39,228 bases of DNA from Blastocystis sp. subtype 4 (GCF_000743755.1 NW_014569465.1:62001-101228); one strand, 5' to 3'; shown: positions 1 to 12,188, numbered from the stretch's first letter. Notes: a model not told the origin generated them from the sequence alone. Numbers and translations are program-made.

Positions 1-122
1 AGGAAGAGTCGAAGATGCCAGAACATCCTTCTTGGGCAGCACAAAAGGAATCAAAAGAAAAGATGCGAATTCATATTGATCCGACAGCACCTAAAGAAAA
101 CAAACGAATTACGTTTGACTAG
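1..122 (+). CDS. 3' end of BUD22/SRFBP1-like protein (partial, runs off window)
   Basis: Frame from 3 reads EESKMPEHPSWAAQKESKEKMRIHIDPTAPKENKRITFD* (TAG 120-122). HPSW..K...KITFD resembles the BUD22 C-terminus. TGTTTATT follows at 131-138. Confidence 0.6.
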   Translation, partial: EESKMPEHPSWAAQKESKEKMRIHIDPTAPKENKRITFD

Positions 123-244
123 CTTTCTCTTGTTTATTGTCAAATCCTATCTTTCTGTTTAGTCGAATATGAAAATGAGAAACACTATAGTGCCGAAGGA
201 TCACGAAGTCAACAATATCCCCAGATCATTATTGAGACTTTAAA

Positions 245-2327
245 ATGTTATCATTACGGCGATGCACCTCTTTTTATCCTTTGGCACGGGCTTTGATGAC
301 GAAGTCAGAATCATTGATTGTATCTTTATTACCATTTCATAAACTAGATAAACGGATTGACTTATGAATACACAAAGGCTCCATCTCGTGATGAGATATC
401 CTTTTTAACAGAAGATGTCGTTGCCTTGATTCTGTAAATGCTGGATATTCTCCAACGAGAGAACTTTGATGTTGCAGTCATTGGTGGTGGTTGTACTGGA
501 TCAATGATTGCCCTTGATGCTGCACTTCGAGGATACAAAGTCGCTGTAGTTGAAAGGAATGACTTTTCATCTGGTACATCAAGCCGTTCCACCAATCTTC
601 TTCATGGAGGAGTAAGGTATCTTGAGAATGCTGTGAAGCACTTGGATTGGACAGATTTCAAACTTGTAACTGAAGCACTTCATGAGAGGAGATTCATGTT
701 AGCGAACGCTCCTTACATGACGCGTCCAATTGCAACTGTGATTCCAGCAAAGTCTTGGTTTCAACAACAGTACATCCGAATCGGTCTAGCACTGTACGAT
801 TTGATTGCTTTTCGAGGGGGACTTCCTCGAAGGTATTGATGACATCCCATCTTCTCCATAGTCATTCGATTCGTTGGAAAGAAATGCAGTATCTGTTCCC
901 TAAACTTGATTTTGATTGGATCCGAGGTGGATTAGTGTAGAGAGTATTGGTCTATTAGAACATAGATACTATGATGGACAGTCCAATGATGCTCGTCTCT
1001 CTGCAGTCATTATGCGAACAGCTATTGATCAAGGAGCTGTTGCTGCCAATTACCTCGAGGTAACTGACCTTCTTCATTCTCCTTGTAAAGTACATATGAA
1101 AAACGATCCTCATGAACTCGTTCATGGTGTACATGTATGTGATCGTCTGACAAAGAATGAATTCGATATTCATGCAAAGATAACAGTGAATGCAACTGGA
1201 CCTTATGTAGACTCCATTCTCAAGATGCATGAACGAATTGAAGGAGGAGAGGAAGCTGTCAAGAATTATCAGAATGTGATTGTACCTTCCAAAGGAGTTC
1301 ATTTGCTATTACGAGGCACTTACTGTCCAAAAATGGCAGGAATTGTTACGACTACAAGTGATAATCGAGTGATGTTCATGTTACCATGGCAGAATTAGTG
1401 AGTTTGAATCCTAAATGTTATGACTAGTACTGTTGTTGGGACAACAGATACTCCCTGTGCTTTGGATGAGTATCCTGAAGCAACTGAAGGAGATATAGAG
1501 ATGATTCTCCAAGAGACAGCTAAGTATATGGTGACTCCAATTCAAAAAGACGATATTCTAGCTGTATGGTGTGGCATCCGTCCTCTTGTACGATCAAATC
1601 ACACATCAAAGGAACAGACAGCAAGTATTAGTCGTACTCATGAAGTATGGGCTCAAGGAGATGGACTGATCACAATTGCAGGAGGGAAATGGACGACGGT
1701 TCGGAATATGGCAGAAGATGTGTGTGATGTTATCGGAAGACGGTCTACCCTTCATGTTGATATCGATGAATGGGTTTACAAATAGATGAAGGATTGTATA
1801 ACAAAGGATTTCAAGCTATATGGAGCGAATGAGAAGATAAATAAGGATCGGCCAGAGTCTCGGATTCGACGATATGTTGCTCAGCAATCAGAGGTTCAAG
1901 ATACATTAATGAGTGTGTATCATTTGTCTCCAGAAGTGGCAGAACACTTGTCTCATTTCTATGGATATCGAGCTTACCAGGTGGCTGAAATTGCTAAGAA
2001 AGAGAATGATCAATCACTACACCCCATTCTTCCATATCTTCAGGCTGAGATTCCGTTTTGTATTCGTAATGAATACGCTGTTCGATTATCTGATATGGTT
2101 CTGCGTCGTCTACGTATTGGAGTGATGGATGTGAAGGTTGCTATGGAGTGTCTCCCTACAATAGTCGAGCTAATGAAAACAGAGTTGGGATGGGACGCTA
2201 TCCGATGTATTGAAGTAAGTAACAAGGGAATAGATACTATTATAGGAAGTTGAGGATACAGTGAATCAATTGAATAAATGTTCTATTAAGAAATATGACC
2301 CCGAAAGTGTTCTTCAAGCACTCAACT
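245..2327 (+). CDS. GPD2: FAD-dependent mitochondrial glycerol-3-phosphate dehydrogenase, multi-exon, stop predicted to be made by polyadenylation
   Basis: Motifs VIGGGCTG, GTSSRSTNLLHGGVRYL, YYDGQSNDARL, NATGPYVD, GIRPL, GGKWTT, and an Arg-rich N-terminal presequence. Introns 320-347, 396-437 (AT-AA), 833-861, 937-965, 1398-1427, 1756-1785 and 2215-2245 give one continuous frame. Ends QALN + T(2327), with TGTTTGTT at 2332-2339. Confidence 0.93.
396..437 (+). other. U12-type (minor spliceosome) intron with AT-AA termini, 42 nt
   Basis: 5' ATATCCTTT, branch-point-like TGCCTTGAT (422-430), 3' end TGTAA. Removal joins PSRDE|MLDILQ in frame and deletes an in-frame TAA. Confidence 0.8.
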
Positions 2328-2331
2328 ATCG

Positions 2332-2349
2332 TGTTTGTTCTGTCAAACA
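2332..2349. terminator. Back-to-back GU-rich polyadenylation elements for convergent GPD2 and C2 genes
   Basis: TGTTTGTT (+, 2332-2339) and TGTTTGAC (-, 2342-2349). Confidence 0.75.
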
Positions 2350-2363
2350 GTCATTAGTCACAT

Positions 2364-3151
2364 TCAATGATAACCATGGGGAGGATAACCAGGTTGAGGA
2401 GGATAACCAGGTTGTGGAGGATATCCAGGCTGAGGAGGATAACCAGGTTGAGGAGGATAACCAGGCTGTGGAGGATATCCAGGTTGTGGAGGATATCCAG
2501 GCTGAGGAGGATAACTGGGCTGAGGAGGATATCCAGGCTGAGGACCAGGTTGAGGATATCCAGGCTGAGGAGGATATCCGGGCTGAGGAGGATAACTAGG
2601 CTGAGGACCAGGCTGAGGATATCCAGGTTGAGGAGGATAACCTCCTGGAGGTGTCGGTTTTGCTACAGATCATGACACATCGTACAATGAATACCATTAG
2701 GCAAACGAATAACCGTATGCAGCGAACCCATTTGCTTGCCATTTGTAACCACTGGCAAATATAAGTCTAAAAATAGTAATTCCATCATAACTTATACCTG
2801 CATAACCACCTGTGGCCTTCAACTGTGAAATTGGGTACGAAGCGTTTCCGATCAGTGAATCCTTAAGGAGATTCTTATTCATACTAGAAAATGAGAAGAT
2901 CCAACCATTCGTACATGGAAAACATGAGAGTAGAGGCATCCCCTTTGTATTTCACCGTCTTCTCTTCACCCCATCCTATATATCATCCAAATAATAAAGT
3001 GACAACTGGGATTCTTTCCTCCATTAGTATGAACGCTAGTCTGCTTGGTATCACAATCCGTGCGTACAACCACAAACGGATCCTGTCTACCAAGTAACTC
3101 GGTTTCTTTTAATCCACTTGCATCAACAAAGGTAATAATTACTTCGGGCAT
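2364..3151 (-). CDS. C2-domain protein with C-terminal Tyr/Pro/Gln/Gly (YPPQPG) repeat tail
   Basis: [29 protein letters not shown]...GGKNPRWGEE C2 pattern. Four ~30-nt GT-AG introns, then a YPPQPG repeat ending YPPHGYH* (TGA 2364-2366). Confidence 0.85.
2370..2650 (-). repeat. Imperfect 18-bp coding tandem repeat encoding YPPQPG
   Basis: Plus strand shows repeated gaggaggat(a/t)a/tccagg(c/t)t units. Confidence 0.9.
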
Positions 3152-3233
3152 ACTACAATAATAAATAACGGAAATCCAAAATCCAGTACAGAACGGATCT
3201 CACCACGTCAAAAAGATAAGGTAACAAACATAA

Positions 3234-3717
3234 CTACGGACTAATAACTTTGAATTCAAATCGAGGAGGATCGACTTTGGTAGAAACAAAACGCAGCCGT
3301 ACTTTCAATACCATTTCATCAATCTTAATATCAAGGTCTATAGATAATTCCACAAACACTTTCTTACCGTGCCAACGACCATCTCTATACTGCAAAATAG
3401 GAACCGTACCCATTCCAAACTTATTGTCTTTAATAATACTTCGATTCATACTAGATTCGATTGAAAACAGGATTCCTACATACGGATCTCAAATGAGTAC
3501 TCATCATCTCGTATGGGTATGTCAATAGTATCATTCCACACTGCATTATTATCTACGATGTTAACAGAAAACAAGTAATACAGGCATCCAATTTACAAGG
3601 TTTTGTAGTTCTAATGATTCCATTACATTCTATTCGGATGTATGCATCCGTAGTACCAAAGATTCCATGAGGTGGAACATTCGATGCGTAGAGAATCACA
3701 AGAGATAGGGCTCCCAT
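3234..3717 (-). CDS. Small single C2-domain protein, tandem relative of the neighbouring C2 gene
   Basis: Spliced product MGALSLVILYASNVPPHGIFGTTDAYIRIEC...AVWNDTIDIP...IMNRSIIKDNKFGMGTVPI. Three ~30-nt introns; TGTTTGTT 3 nt after TAG. Confidence 0.75.
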
Positions 3718-3772
3718 TGTAGTTAACTGATTCTAAATAACTGACAGAAATCGGAGATATTTTCTCTACAGA

Positions 3773-4570
3773 ATGAGCGTCCCTTGGAAAGCTCTCTGTC
3801 CATCATGCAAAGGGAAGATAGTCTCCTCTGATGGGACAGTACTCGAAACAGTGTTTCTTTTGTTGATGTGTAACGAATAGTGCCCATATTGCAATACTAA
3901 GTTAGGTCTAAGTGCTTTCTAAGCTTATTTTTTGAATTATAGCCGAATTACCAGCCAGCAAGAGTACAACTCCTGCCGAAAGAAACGCATATTATCTGTA
4001 CACTTTAGTGGATTTCAATCGCAAGTATCGATTGGGTGTTTTGTTAAGGGTAGTGGGAAACTGGACTGTCTAGAGTTGCAAACTGCCCTAAATTACGGAG
4101 GACTCCACTTTTCTTTACCTACAGTGAATATTCTCTTAGCCAAGCACGATCGGAATCGCAAGTAGATTTGATGGATTCAGAATTATGATAAGTGGCCAGC
4201 TAGAGTTTGATGAATTCAAATCATTGTTAGATGAGGTGTGGCGTTGGAAAGACGCCTTCGATTTCTTTGATCTTGATAAGAGTGGATCTATTGACTTTCA
4301 GGAACTTCAGCAAGCTCTTGCTATGATAGGGTGTCTTCTCGTTTCACTTAATCATTTGTAGCGTTTTTTTGTCCCCAACTACATTCCAAACAGTGTTTTT
4401 CTCTTCTGACACAGACCGTTCTGGTTCCATATCCATGGATGAATTCATCAAGTTAGTCACAGAGCTCCAATTGTCACAAATCAAATACATGTCACTTGAT
4501 CGTGATGAAAATGGAAGGGTCGACCTGTCCTATGATACTTTTGTTGATCTCATCTTTTCAATTCGTTCTT
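3773..4570 (+). CDS. Penta-EF-hand (ALG-2/peflin-like) protein with N-terminal CxxC...CxxC zinc-ribbon-like motif
   Basis: EF loops DFNRNGKLDCLE, DRNRNGQLEFDE, DLDKSGSIDFQE, DTDRSGSISMDE, DRDENGRVDLSY; five small introns. 3' end is either a poly(A)-made stop at 4570 or the genomic TAA at 4594-4596. Confidence 0.82.
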
Positions 4571-4595
4571 TGATTTTTTGTTTGAAAAACATTTA

Positions 4596-5268
4596 ACATG
4601 ACAGTAAATGACGGACAGTAAGGATTGGGAAGATAATTGTCATCTTCATTGGAAAAGTTCGTATTAATGACGGTGTTATCTTGGATTTCACTTTCGTCAT
4701 CAACAAGGGTTTCGTCAGCCATCTTGTGGTCATACAAGTACTGAAGAGGTTGATTCAAGAGTGTTATTTGGGAAGCCAAAGAGGATAATTTGGTTTGAAC
4801 TATAGAGTATACGTTATAATTCGTGATCATCATGCTCAGTTCCATTTCCCACCAAGGAGAATGTAGCATCATTTGAATTGCAATTTCAATCTTTGAGAGA
4901 CTCGTCCTCCTTCGTCCCAACGTTGGAGAGATAAACGATCGGCAGATGGAACTTTGAGTGGGATGTTGCCCTTAACATGACAGTTCAATAGCATTCAAAC
5001 AAGCCCATTCAAAGGATAAAGCCTCTTTGTGAGTTGGAAATCCTGTGACCACAACAATCATTTCCCATGGTCTCGCTTTGTGCGTTTTATATGCTCCATT
5101 TGCGATCTGGATATGAATATTAAATATCAAGATCCTTACCTCTCGATTGTGTTGTCGTATTCTCCGCTTTGGATTCACTGTATATCCAATGTAGGTAGAA
5201 TGAGGAAACTGTTCATTCAGAGATTGAAGCAAGTAGCAGAAATGATACTTGCTCTTATGAGAACCCAT
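4596..5268 (-). CDS. SLX1: SLX1 GIY-YIG structure-specific endonuclease
   Basis: FCYLLQS...TYIGYTVNPKRRIRQHN...GAYKT...RPWEM...GFP...ALSFEWAWQHP after removing two introns. 3' end at 4596 (poly(A) stop) or 4558 (genomic stop). Confidence 0.88.
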
Positions 5269-5311
5269 TTATGAACAATGTTCAATAATAGTGATAAACA
5301 AACAATTCCAG

Positions 5312-6684
5312 CTAAATACCATCTTCGTATCCTTCATAGTCATTATCCAAATAGGGAGACTCAGAATCTCTTTTCTCATGGAACTGAGCAATATGCATGT
5401 TCTCCGTCTCTACTTCATTCAGAAGCTGAATTGCTGTTCCTAACTCCTCTTCAGTATTAGAGCCCTTCATTGGAGTTATTGGTGTTTCTAACCCTATTTG
5501 TTCTACAAGCGATACAGATTTCTCCTCGAGAGGCAGGTCAACAGATGCACAGTCATTCCCCCTCATGAGGAAGCCAGAGGCGTTCTTCATCCTCTTTCGT
5601 AAATATACAATGAACGTCTTTAAATTAGTAGATCAGTATGATTTTACTATTACAGACAGACAAATTCCCGTGACCAAAGATAAGATGGTCACACCTAGTG
5701 AATCCTCTTTTGATTTCCCAAAACAGGATTGATTCACTTCAGTGGATGAACTACAACCTTTCGTAATTGAACTCGCTCGCACATAGGCATCTCCATAATG
5801 TCGTAGCTAGAAGTTATTTTAACTCTCTGTGCCCACTTCAATTAGAACTGAAGAAGAGTTCATAGTAGAGTATAAGAATGGCTTCCACGAGCCCACATCA
5901 TAATTCACATAGGGTGATGGAACTGTTGCTTCACACCCTCGACCTGGATTTGTTCCGTAGAGTGGAAGTCTGCTGAAGGTCAATACTTTATATCATCCTT
6001 ACGGAGGGGAATCAATAGACCATTTCTGATTACCGAGATCCACAAATCGGAGACATATTCGCGATAGGAAGCCCTCTACTACACAGACATACCGCGTCAT
6101 ATCCCATCGCCCCCCTGCTTTCCTGCATAGATTATGGCAGGTTGTTCTATGTAACAAAATCCAAAATAACTGTACTGACTCCCTCCTTCACAGTGAATAG
6201 CTGACTTCTCCAATTCCCAGACTCGTTTTACTGGAATTGTTTCACTAAAATCAGTGATATTAATTGTCACATTCGACAGAATACGAAGAGGAAATACAGT
6301 ACTCCAATAAAAGGCAGGTACTTGAACACAAATAGGATCATTCTTTCGAGAACAAGAATCTCGATACGGATAATATAGTCCACTTGCTGTCGTATTTTTG
6401 GTAAGATTAGTTGTGTTTCCGTTGATCTGCGGAACGAGGGCTGCTTTTTCAAAATCAAAGCGCAGAGTCTCATTCCAGAGGATTGCAAACTCATTGTACC
6501 TATTTGGAACCAGAAAACGGTACTCCTACTGCACAATCATGCTTAGTCGCTCATCACCATTGAATATATTGACCAAACCAAAGATCATACAAAAGATTCC
6601 CACAACAAAGAGAAAACACAATGTCACCGTGGATTCAAAGGCATTTATATACTGCGAACGATTGACAACGGTAATTCCTCTCAT
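5312..6684 (-). CDS. Uncharacterised two-transmembrane protein with Cys-rich, N-glycosylated loop
   Basis: Five ~30-nt GT-AG introns give one frame from MRGITVVNRSQYINAFESTVTLCFLFVVGIFCMIFGLVNIF to TAG at 5312. Second hydrophobic segment LGVTILSLVTGICLSVITFIVYL; several N-x-S/T sequons. Confidence 0.72.
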
Positions 6685-6866
6685 ACAGAATCACCAATCG
6701 TTCCAATCTTTTTCAGCAAAGGAAATAGCCAATGCGAAAAGAAGATTGGAATTCCGCTAGTAGGGGATATTTGGGTATTCCAAAAGACCTTTCGTTTTGA
6801 AGAAAGTTCATCCCTATAGTCTCGCTATTATAGAAGGAGTTTTTGATATTATTTAGTAGAGATCAA

Positions 6867-9612
6867 ATGCAAGGAGGATTCGGACAGAATACAAACACAG
6901 GAGGTTTCATGGGTTCAGGAAATGGTCAAGGAGGTGGATTTGGTGGAATGGGTAGTTTCAATACCAATCAGAGTAATAACTTCGGTTTTAGTGGAAATGG
7001 TCAGTCGAATGCCTTTGGAGGTATGGGCAATAACAGTGGAGGTGGGTTCGGAAATAGCGGTGGTTTTGGCAATACTGGTAGTGGAGGGTTTGGCAATTCT
7101 AATACAGGTGGAGGGATGTTCGGAAATAATAATACGAATAGCTTTGGAAATATGAATGGAGGAGGTTTTGGAAATCAGAATAGTGGAATGAGTAGTTTTG
7201 GAAACAATACTGGTTTTGGTAATAGTAATACCAATACTAGCTTTGGCAATAATAATACTAATACTTCTGGTTTTGGTGGTAATACGAATAGTGGGTTTGG
7301 TGGTAATGCGAATACTGGTTTTGGCAACAATACGAATACTGGTTTTGGTGGTGGTACTAGTGGTTTTGGTAATAATAATGCCAATAATAGCTTTGGTAAC
7401 TCTAATGCCAATAGTGGGTTTGGTGGTAATACGAATACTGGTTTTGGCAATAATACGAATACTGGTTTTGGTAATAATACCAACTCCAGCTTTGGTGGTA
7501 CTAGTGGTTTTGGTAACACTAATGCCAATAATAGTTTCGGTAATACCAACAATTCTGGCTTTGCCAACAATAATTCAAGCTTTGGTAATAATAGTGGTAC
7601 TACTGGCTTTGGTGGTAATAACACTGGCTTTGGTGGCAATACAAATACTGGCTTTGGTAATAATACCAACTCTGGCTTTGGTAACACTAATGCGAATACT
7701 GGTTTTGGCAACAATGCGAATACTGGTTTTGGTAATAGTAACACCAATACTGGTTTTGGCAATAATAATGCCAATAATGCCAATACTGGTTTTGGCAACA
7801 ATAATACTAACAATTCTGCCTTTGGCAATAATAATACCAATAATACCAACAATTCTGGATTTGGTGGTAATACAAATGCTGGTTTTGGCAGTAATAATAC
7901 CAATAATGCAAGCAACACTACTAACTCTGGCTTCAACTCCAATACTACAGCTACCACGTCATTCAGTTTTGGTAACACTTCCAGTACTCCCAACACGACT
8001 TCACAAGCAACACCTGCTTCCACTGGCCTTAACTTTAATGCCAAGCCTTCAGGAACGACCACGCCGGCTTCTGGATTCTCTTTCGGAAGCAACTCTACCA
8101 CTGGAACCACGACTGCTACTGGAACAACTACTCCAACTTCCACTCCAGCCACCACACCTTCTTTCAGCTTCGGTTCTAAGCCTGCTGCTGCTACTACGAC
8201 CTTTGGAGCCAAGTTGAATGGTGCTGATACTCCAAGTACAGCCACCAAGACAACAGATGACAAGAAGGAAGAGAAGCCAGGAGTACTGACTTTCAATCTT
8301 ACCGACCCTAAGACGAAGCCTACGGAAGCTAAACCAGCCACTGGATTCAATTTTGGTACTAAGCCTGATGATAAGAAAGATGCCACTCCTGCATTCAGTT
8401 TCGGTGTTAAATCTGATGAGAAGAAGGATACAGCCACTGGGTTTACCTTTGGTACTCAACCAGCTGATACAACCAAGGGAACACCCTCAGTTCCTGGAAG
8501 TAGTCTCAATGCTAAGTCAGATGAGAAGAAAACTGTTTCTCCTGGATTCAATTTTGGTTCAGTATCTACTGATAAGAAGGATGTCTCTACTTCTTCTCCA
8601 GCCTTTAGTTTCGGTGTTAAACCTGATGAGAAGAAGAAGGATGCTACTCCTGCTCCTACTGCTACTTCTGCATTCAGTTTCGGCTCGGCAGCTACAGACA
8701 AGAAGGATGCAACTGCTCCTACTAATTTCAGTTTTGGTATCAAACCAACAGAGGAGAAGAAGGATGCTACTTCTACTGCAACTTCTACCTTCAGCTTTGG
8801 CTCAACAACCACAGACAAGAAGGATGCTACTTCTACTCCTGGTAATTTCAGTTTTGGTACCAAACCAACAGAGGAGAAGAAGGATGCAACTCCTGCTCCT
8901 ACAACATCTACTTTCAGCTTTGGTAATAAGACTGAGGAGAAGAAAGATTCAACAGCTCCTTCTACAACAACAACTTCTAGTTTCCAACCATCCACACCCG
9001 CACTCACTGAAGGTCATTCTGTTTCTTTCTTATGATTCTTAGATCAGAAGAAACGTAGTCTGAAAGAGACTCTTGAATCGTGGAATACCCGTCTTGATAA
9101 ACAAGCTGGTATCTTTGTGGATCTGGTTCGTAAGATCAAACAGACTGATCGTGTTCTTCTTACGTACTTTGATACACTGAGTTCATTAGAGAAGACGATT
9201 GCAGATATGCAGTCGAAGCAGAATGTGTATAAGGAAGAATTCATGAATATTCAGAGGCATCAGGATGAAATGATGAGTCAACTTGATGTAAGAGTATGAG
9301 GAGATTCTGATCCTATAGTCATTAGAGAAGGAGTTAGATGGGGAAATAGGACTTAGACATACTACAGATGCAGGAAAGAGGGTTGACATCTTTGACAGAC
9401 TATTGGCTTTGCATGCAGATGTTGACAATTTAACTCAGGGAGTCGAGGAGGTTGAAGAACGGGCAAAGAAATTATCCGGAGATGATAAGGAAGGGAATGT
9501 ATTTGGAAGTGTCAATCGGATTGTGTCTGTTCACTACGATACGATGCGGTGGATAGCACGAACTACAGAGACATTAAATGATAAATTGAATCATTTAGAA
9601 GGCTTGAGTTGA
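6867..9612 (+). CDS. NUP62: FG-repeat nucleoporin Nup62/Nsp1
   Basis: GFGN repeats, then FSFG repeats with KPDEKKDAT spacers. Introns 9013-9042 and ~9288-9318 lead into a coiled-coil C-terminus (LKETLESWNTRLDKQAGIF...TDRVL) like Nsp1_C. Confidence 0.85.
6900..8960 (+). repeat. Coding FG-repeat arrays (NTGFG/GFGN block ~6900-7940; FSFG-charged spacer block ~8330-8960)
   Basis: Directly visible in ORF 6843..9035. Confidence 0.9.
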
Positions 9613-9685
9613 GTGTACTTGGACTGTTTGTTGAGTCTTGATTATCAAGTACAATCGAATCACTTTCCTGTTTACACACATTATC

Positions 9686-10650
<965 letters not shown>

Positions 10651-10656
10651 TCAGAC

Positions 10657-10670
10657 TGTTTGAACAAACA
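10657..10670. terminator. Overlapping bidirectional polyadenylation element (TGTTTGAACAAACA)
   Basis: Lies between convergent NDUFV2 and SelT-like genes. Confidence 0.75.
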
Positions 10671-10674
10671 TACA

Positions 10675-11285
10675 ACTGCAACTTCTTGTCAATAAAGTTA
10701 AAGATTGTCTGCTCATCAGGGTAGTCTCCGTCAGCCAATTTGCTGCTCACAAGTTCATCTATTTCAACAATTTCGTCCCTATCTTACCATTATAGAATAC
10801 CTCAAATGCACCCGTCTTCTGAATTGACTCAGCGATGTAGTTGACGACAACTACAATACCACAAAGAATCCATTTCTTCGCCTTGAACATAGCCAAGAAA
10901 TCGTCTGAAATGAGATATGCATATGGAGTCTTCGGAATCTACGTAACACGAAAGAAGAATACATACAATCAGAATGGCAATCAGGATGAGGCAGAATGCA
11001 GCAAACACTGCATTCAACACACGGCCCAATACCTACTTGTCAAACCCACAAAACAAGCAAACATCTCTCCAAAAAGGAACAGGGTACAATTCCTGCTTGA
11101 AAGTAAAGGAGGCGTTTGGATACTTTTCCTGAATCAATACTTTCAAATCCTCGTATGTTTTAATGGCAACCGGATCAATACAGGTCTTAACCAGAATCGT
11201 ATCATTCTCTTTCGTTTGTTCCTTCTCTGGTACACGCTCTCGAACTAAATCTCATTCAAACCATCACAATTTCACTTCCTTCCAT
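10675..11285 (-). CDS. Selenoprotein T-like (Rdx family) protein with degenerate redox motif; stop predicted to be made by polyadenylation
   Basis: Spliced product contains ILVKTCIDP...LYPVPFWR, a hydrophobic segment, and TGAFEVFYNDELVSSKLADGDYPDEQTIFNFIDKKLQ + T(10675). TGTTTGTT lies 4 nt downstream. Confidence 0.78.
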
Positions 11286-11418
11286 CACTTTGAGTTTTTG
11301 ATTGTTCTTTCTCATGACAAAAATCAGACTTATTTTTGGTTTCCAATCCTCTTTTCAAATTGTTACTGTAGATATATTTGGTTGATCTTGTTGCTGTACT
11401 AGAAGCCTTTTCAAGAGA

Positions 11419-12188
11419 ATGCGTGGACGTCGTCCTGAAGCAGCTATCCAGGCGTTGAAACACGCTCAGTGTATCTTTTTCGATGTGGACAGTACAATCA
11501 CCAATCAAGAGGGAATTGATGAATTGGCACGATATCTAAACAAATATGACGAAGTTAGTGCTATTACGGAGAAGTATCAATACGATAATACAAATAAGAG
11601 ATAGAGCTATGAATGGCGATCTTTCTATTGAAGACGCTTTTGAGCAACGAATACGTATTTTATCACCTTCCAAACTAACGATTGCGCGCTTTCTGAAAGA
11701 ACATACTGTTAGTATCAATTCTGGAGTAGAAGAGTATTTATCGTTACTACGAAAGAGAGGAGTCGAATACTATCTAGTTAGTGGAGGCTTTTTTGAAGTA
11801 GGGGTTAGATGGATGATTTAATGAAGCTCATTGAGCCTATTTCCACTTCTCTCCGGATCCAACCTGACCATGTAATTTGTAATCACTTTTGCTTTCGTGA
11901 AGATGGGTCTTGTGAAGGATATGAGCATTCTCTTCCGACTTGTAAGAGTCATGGAAAGGTTTTCGTGATAAAATCGTACTGCTATTCTCAAATTATTCAT
12001 TAGAATCCTTCAAGAACATGGTTGGAATCGAAGTGTGATGATAGGTGATGGAGCAACGGATTTAGAGACAAATCAAGTGGTAACCGCGTTTATTGGGTTT
12101 TCGGGCATTAAAAACAGGAAACAGATCCAAGAAGCAGCTGATTTGTCCGTGTCTTCGTTTGAAGAGTTAATTCAAATCGAAACAATGT
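11419..12188 (+). CDS. PSPH: Phosphoserine phosphatase (HAD family)
   Basis: FDVDST, EGIDELA, AMNG, LVSGGF, GK, MIGDGATDLE; three introns. 3' end at 12188 (predicted poly(A) stop) or 12265 (genomic TAA). True start may lie upstream. Confidence 0.9.

Noticed and set aside
320..347. GTATCTTT donor resembling a U12 GT-AG intron
   Set aside because: Lacks the CC of RTATCCT and a U12 branch site; length is typical of major introns here.
2370..2650. CRISPR-like appearance of the short repeats
   Set aside because: Tandem in-frame coding units without unique spacers, in a eukaryotic gene.
2261..2675. Plus-strand EEDNQ and RRISRL repeat ORFs
   Set aside because: Antisense shadows of the YPPQPG coding repeat; only 2246-2327 is real (GPD2 last exon).
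6267..6536. Minus-strand 89-aa ORF with a signal-like end
   Set aside because: Off-frame relative to the spliced two-TM gene, which reads continuously in another frame.
7175..9042. Long hydrophobic ORFs on alternative frames and strands (420, 339, 229, 183 aa)
   Set aside because: By-products of low-complexity FG-repeat codons in NUP62.
11355..11418. Possible TTG-initiated, intron-containing presequence for PSPH (LLLSLFKR)
   Set aside because: No in-frame ATG and no independent support; left as start uncertainty.
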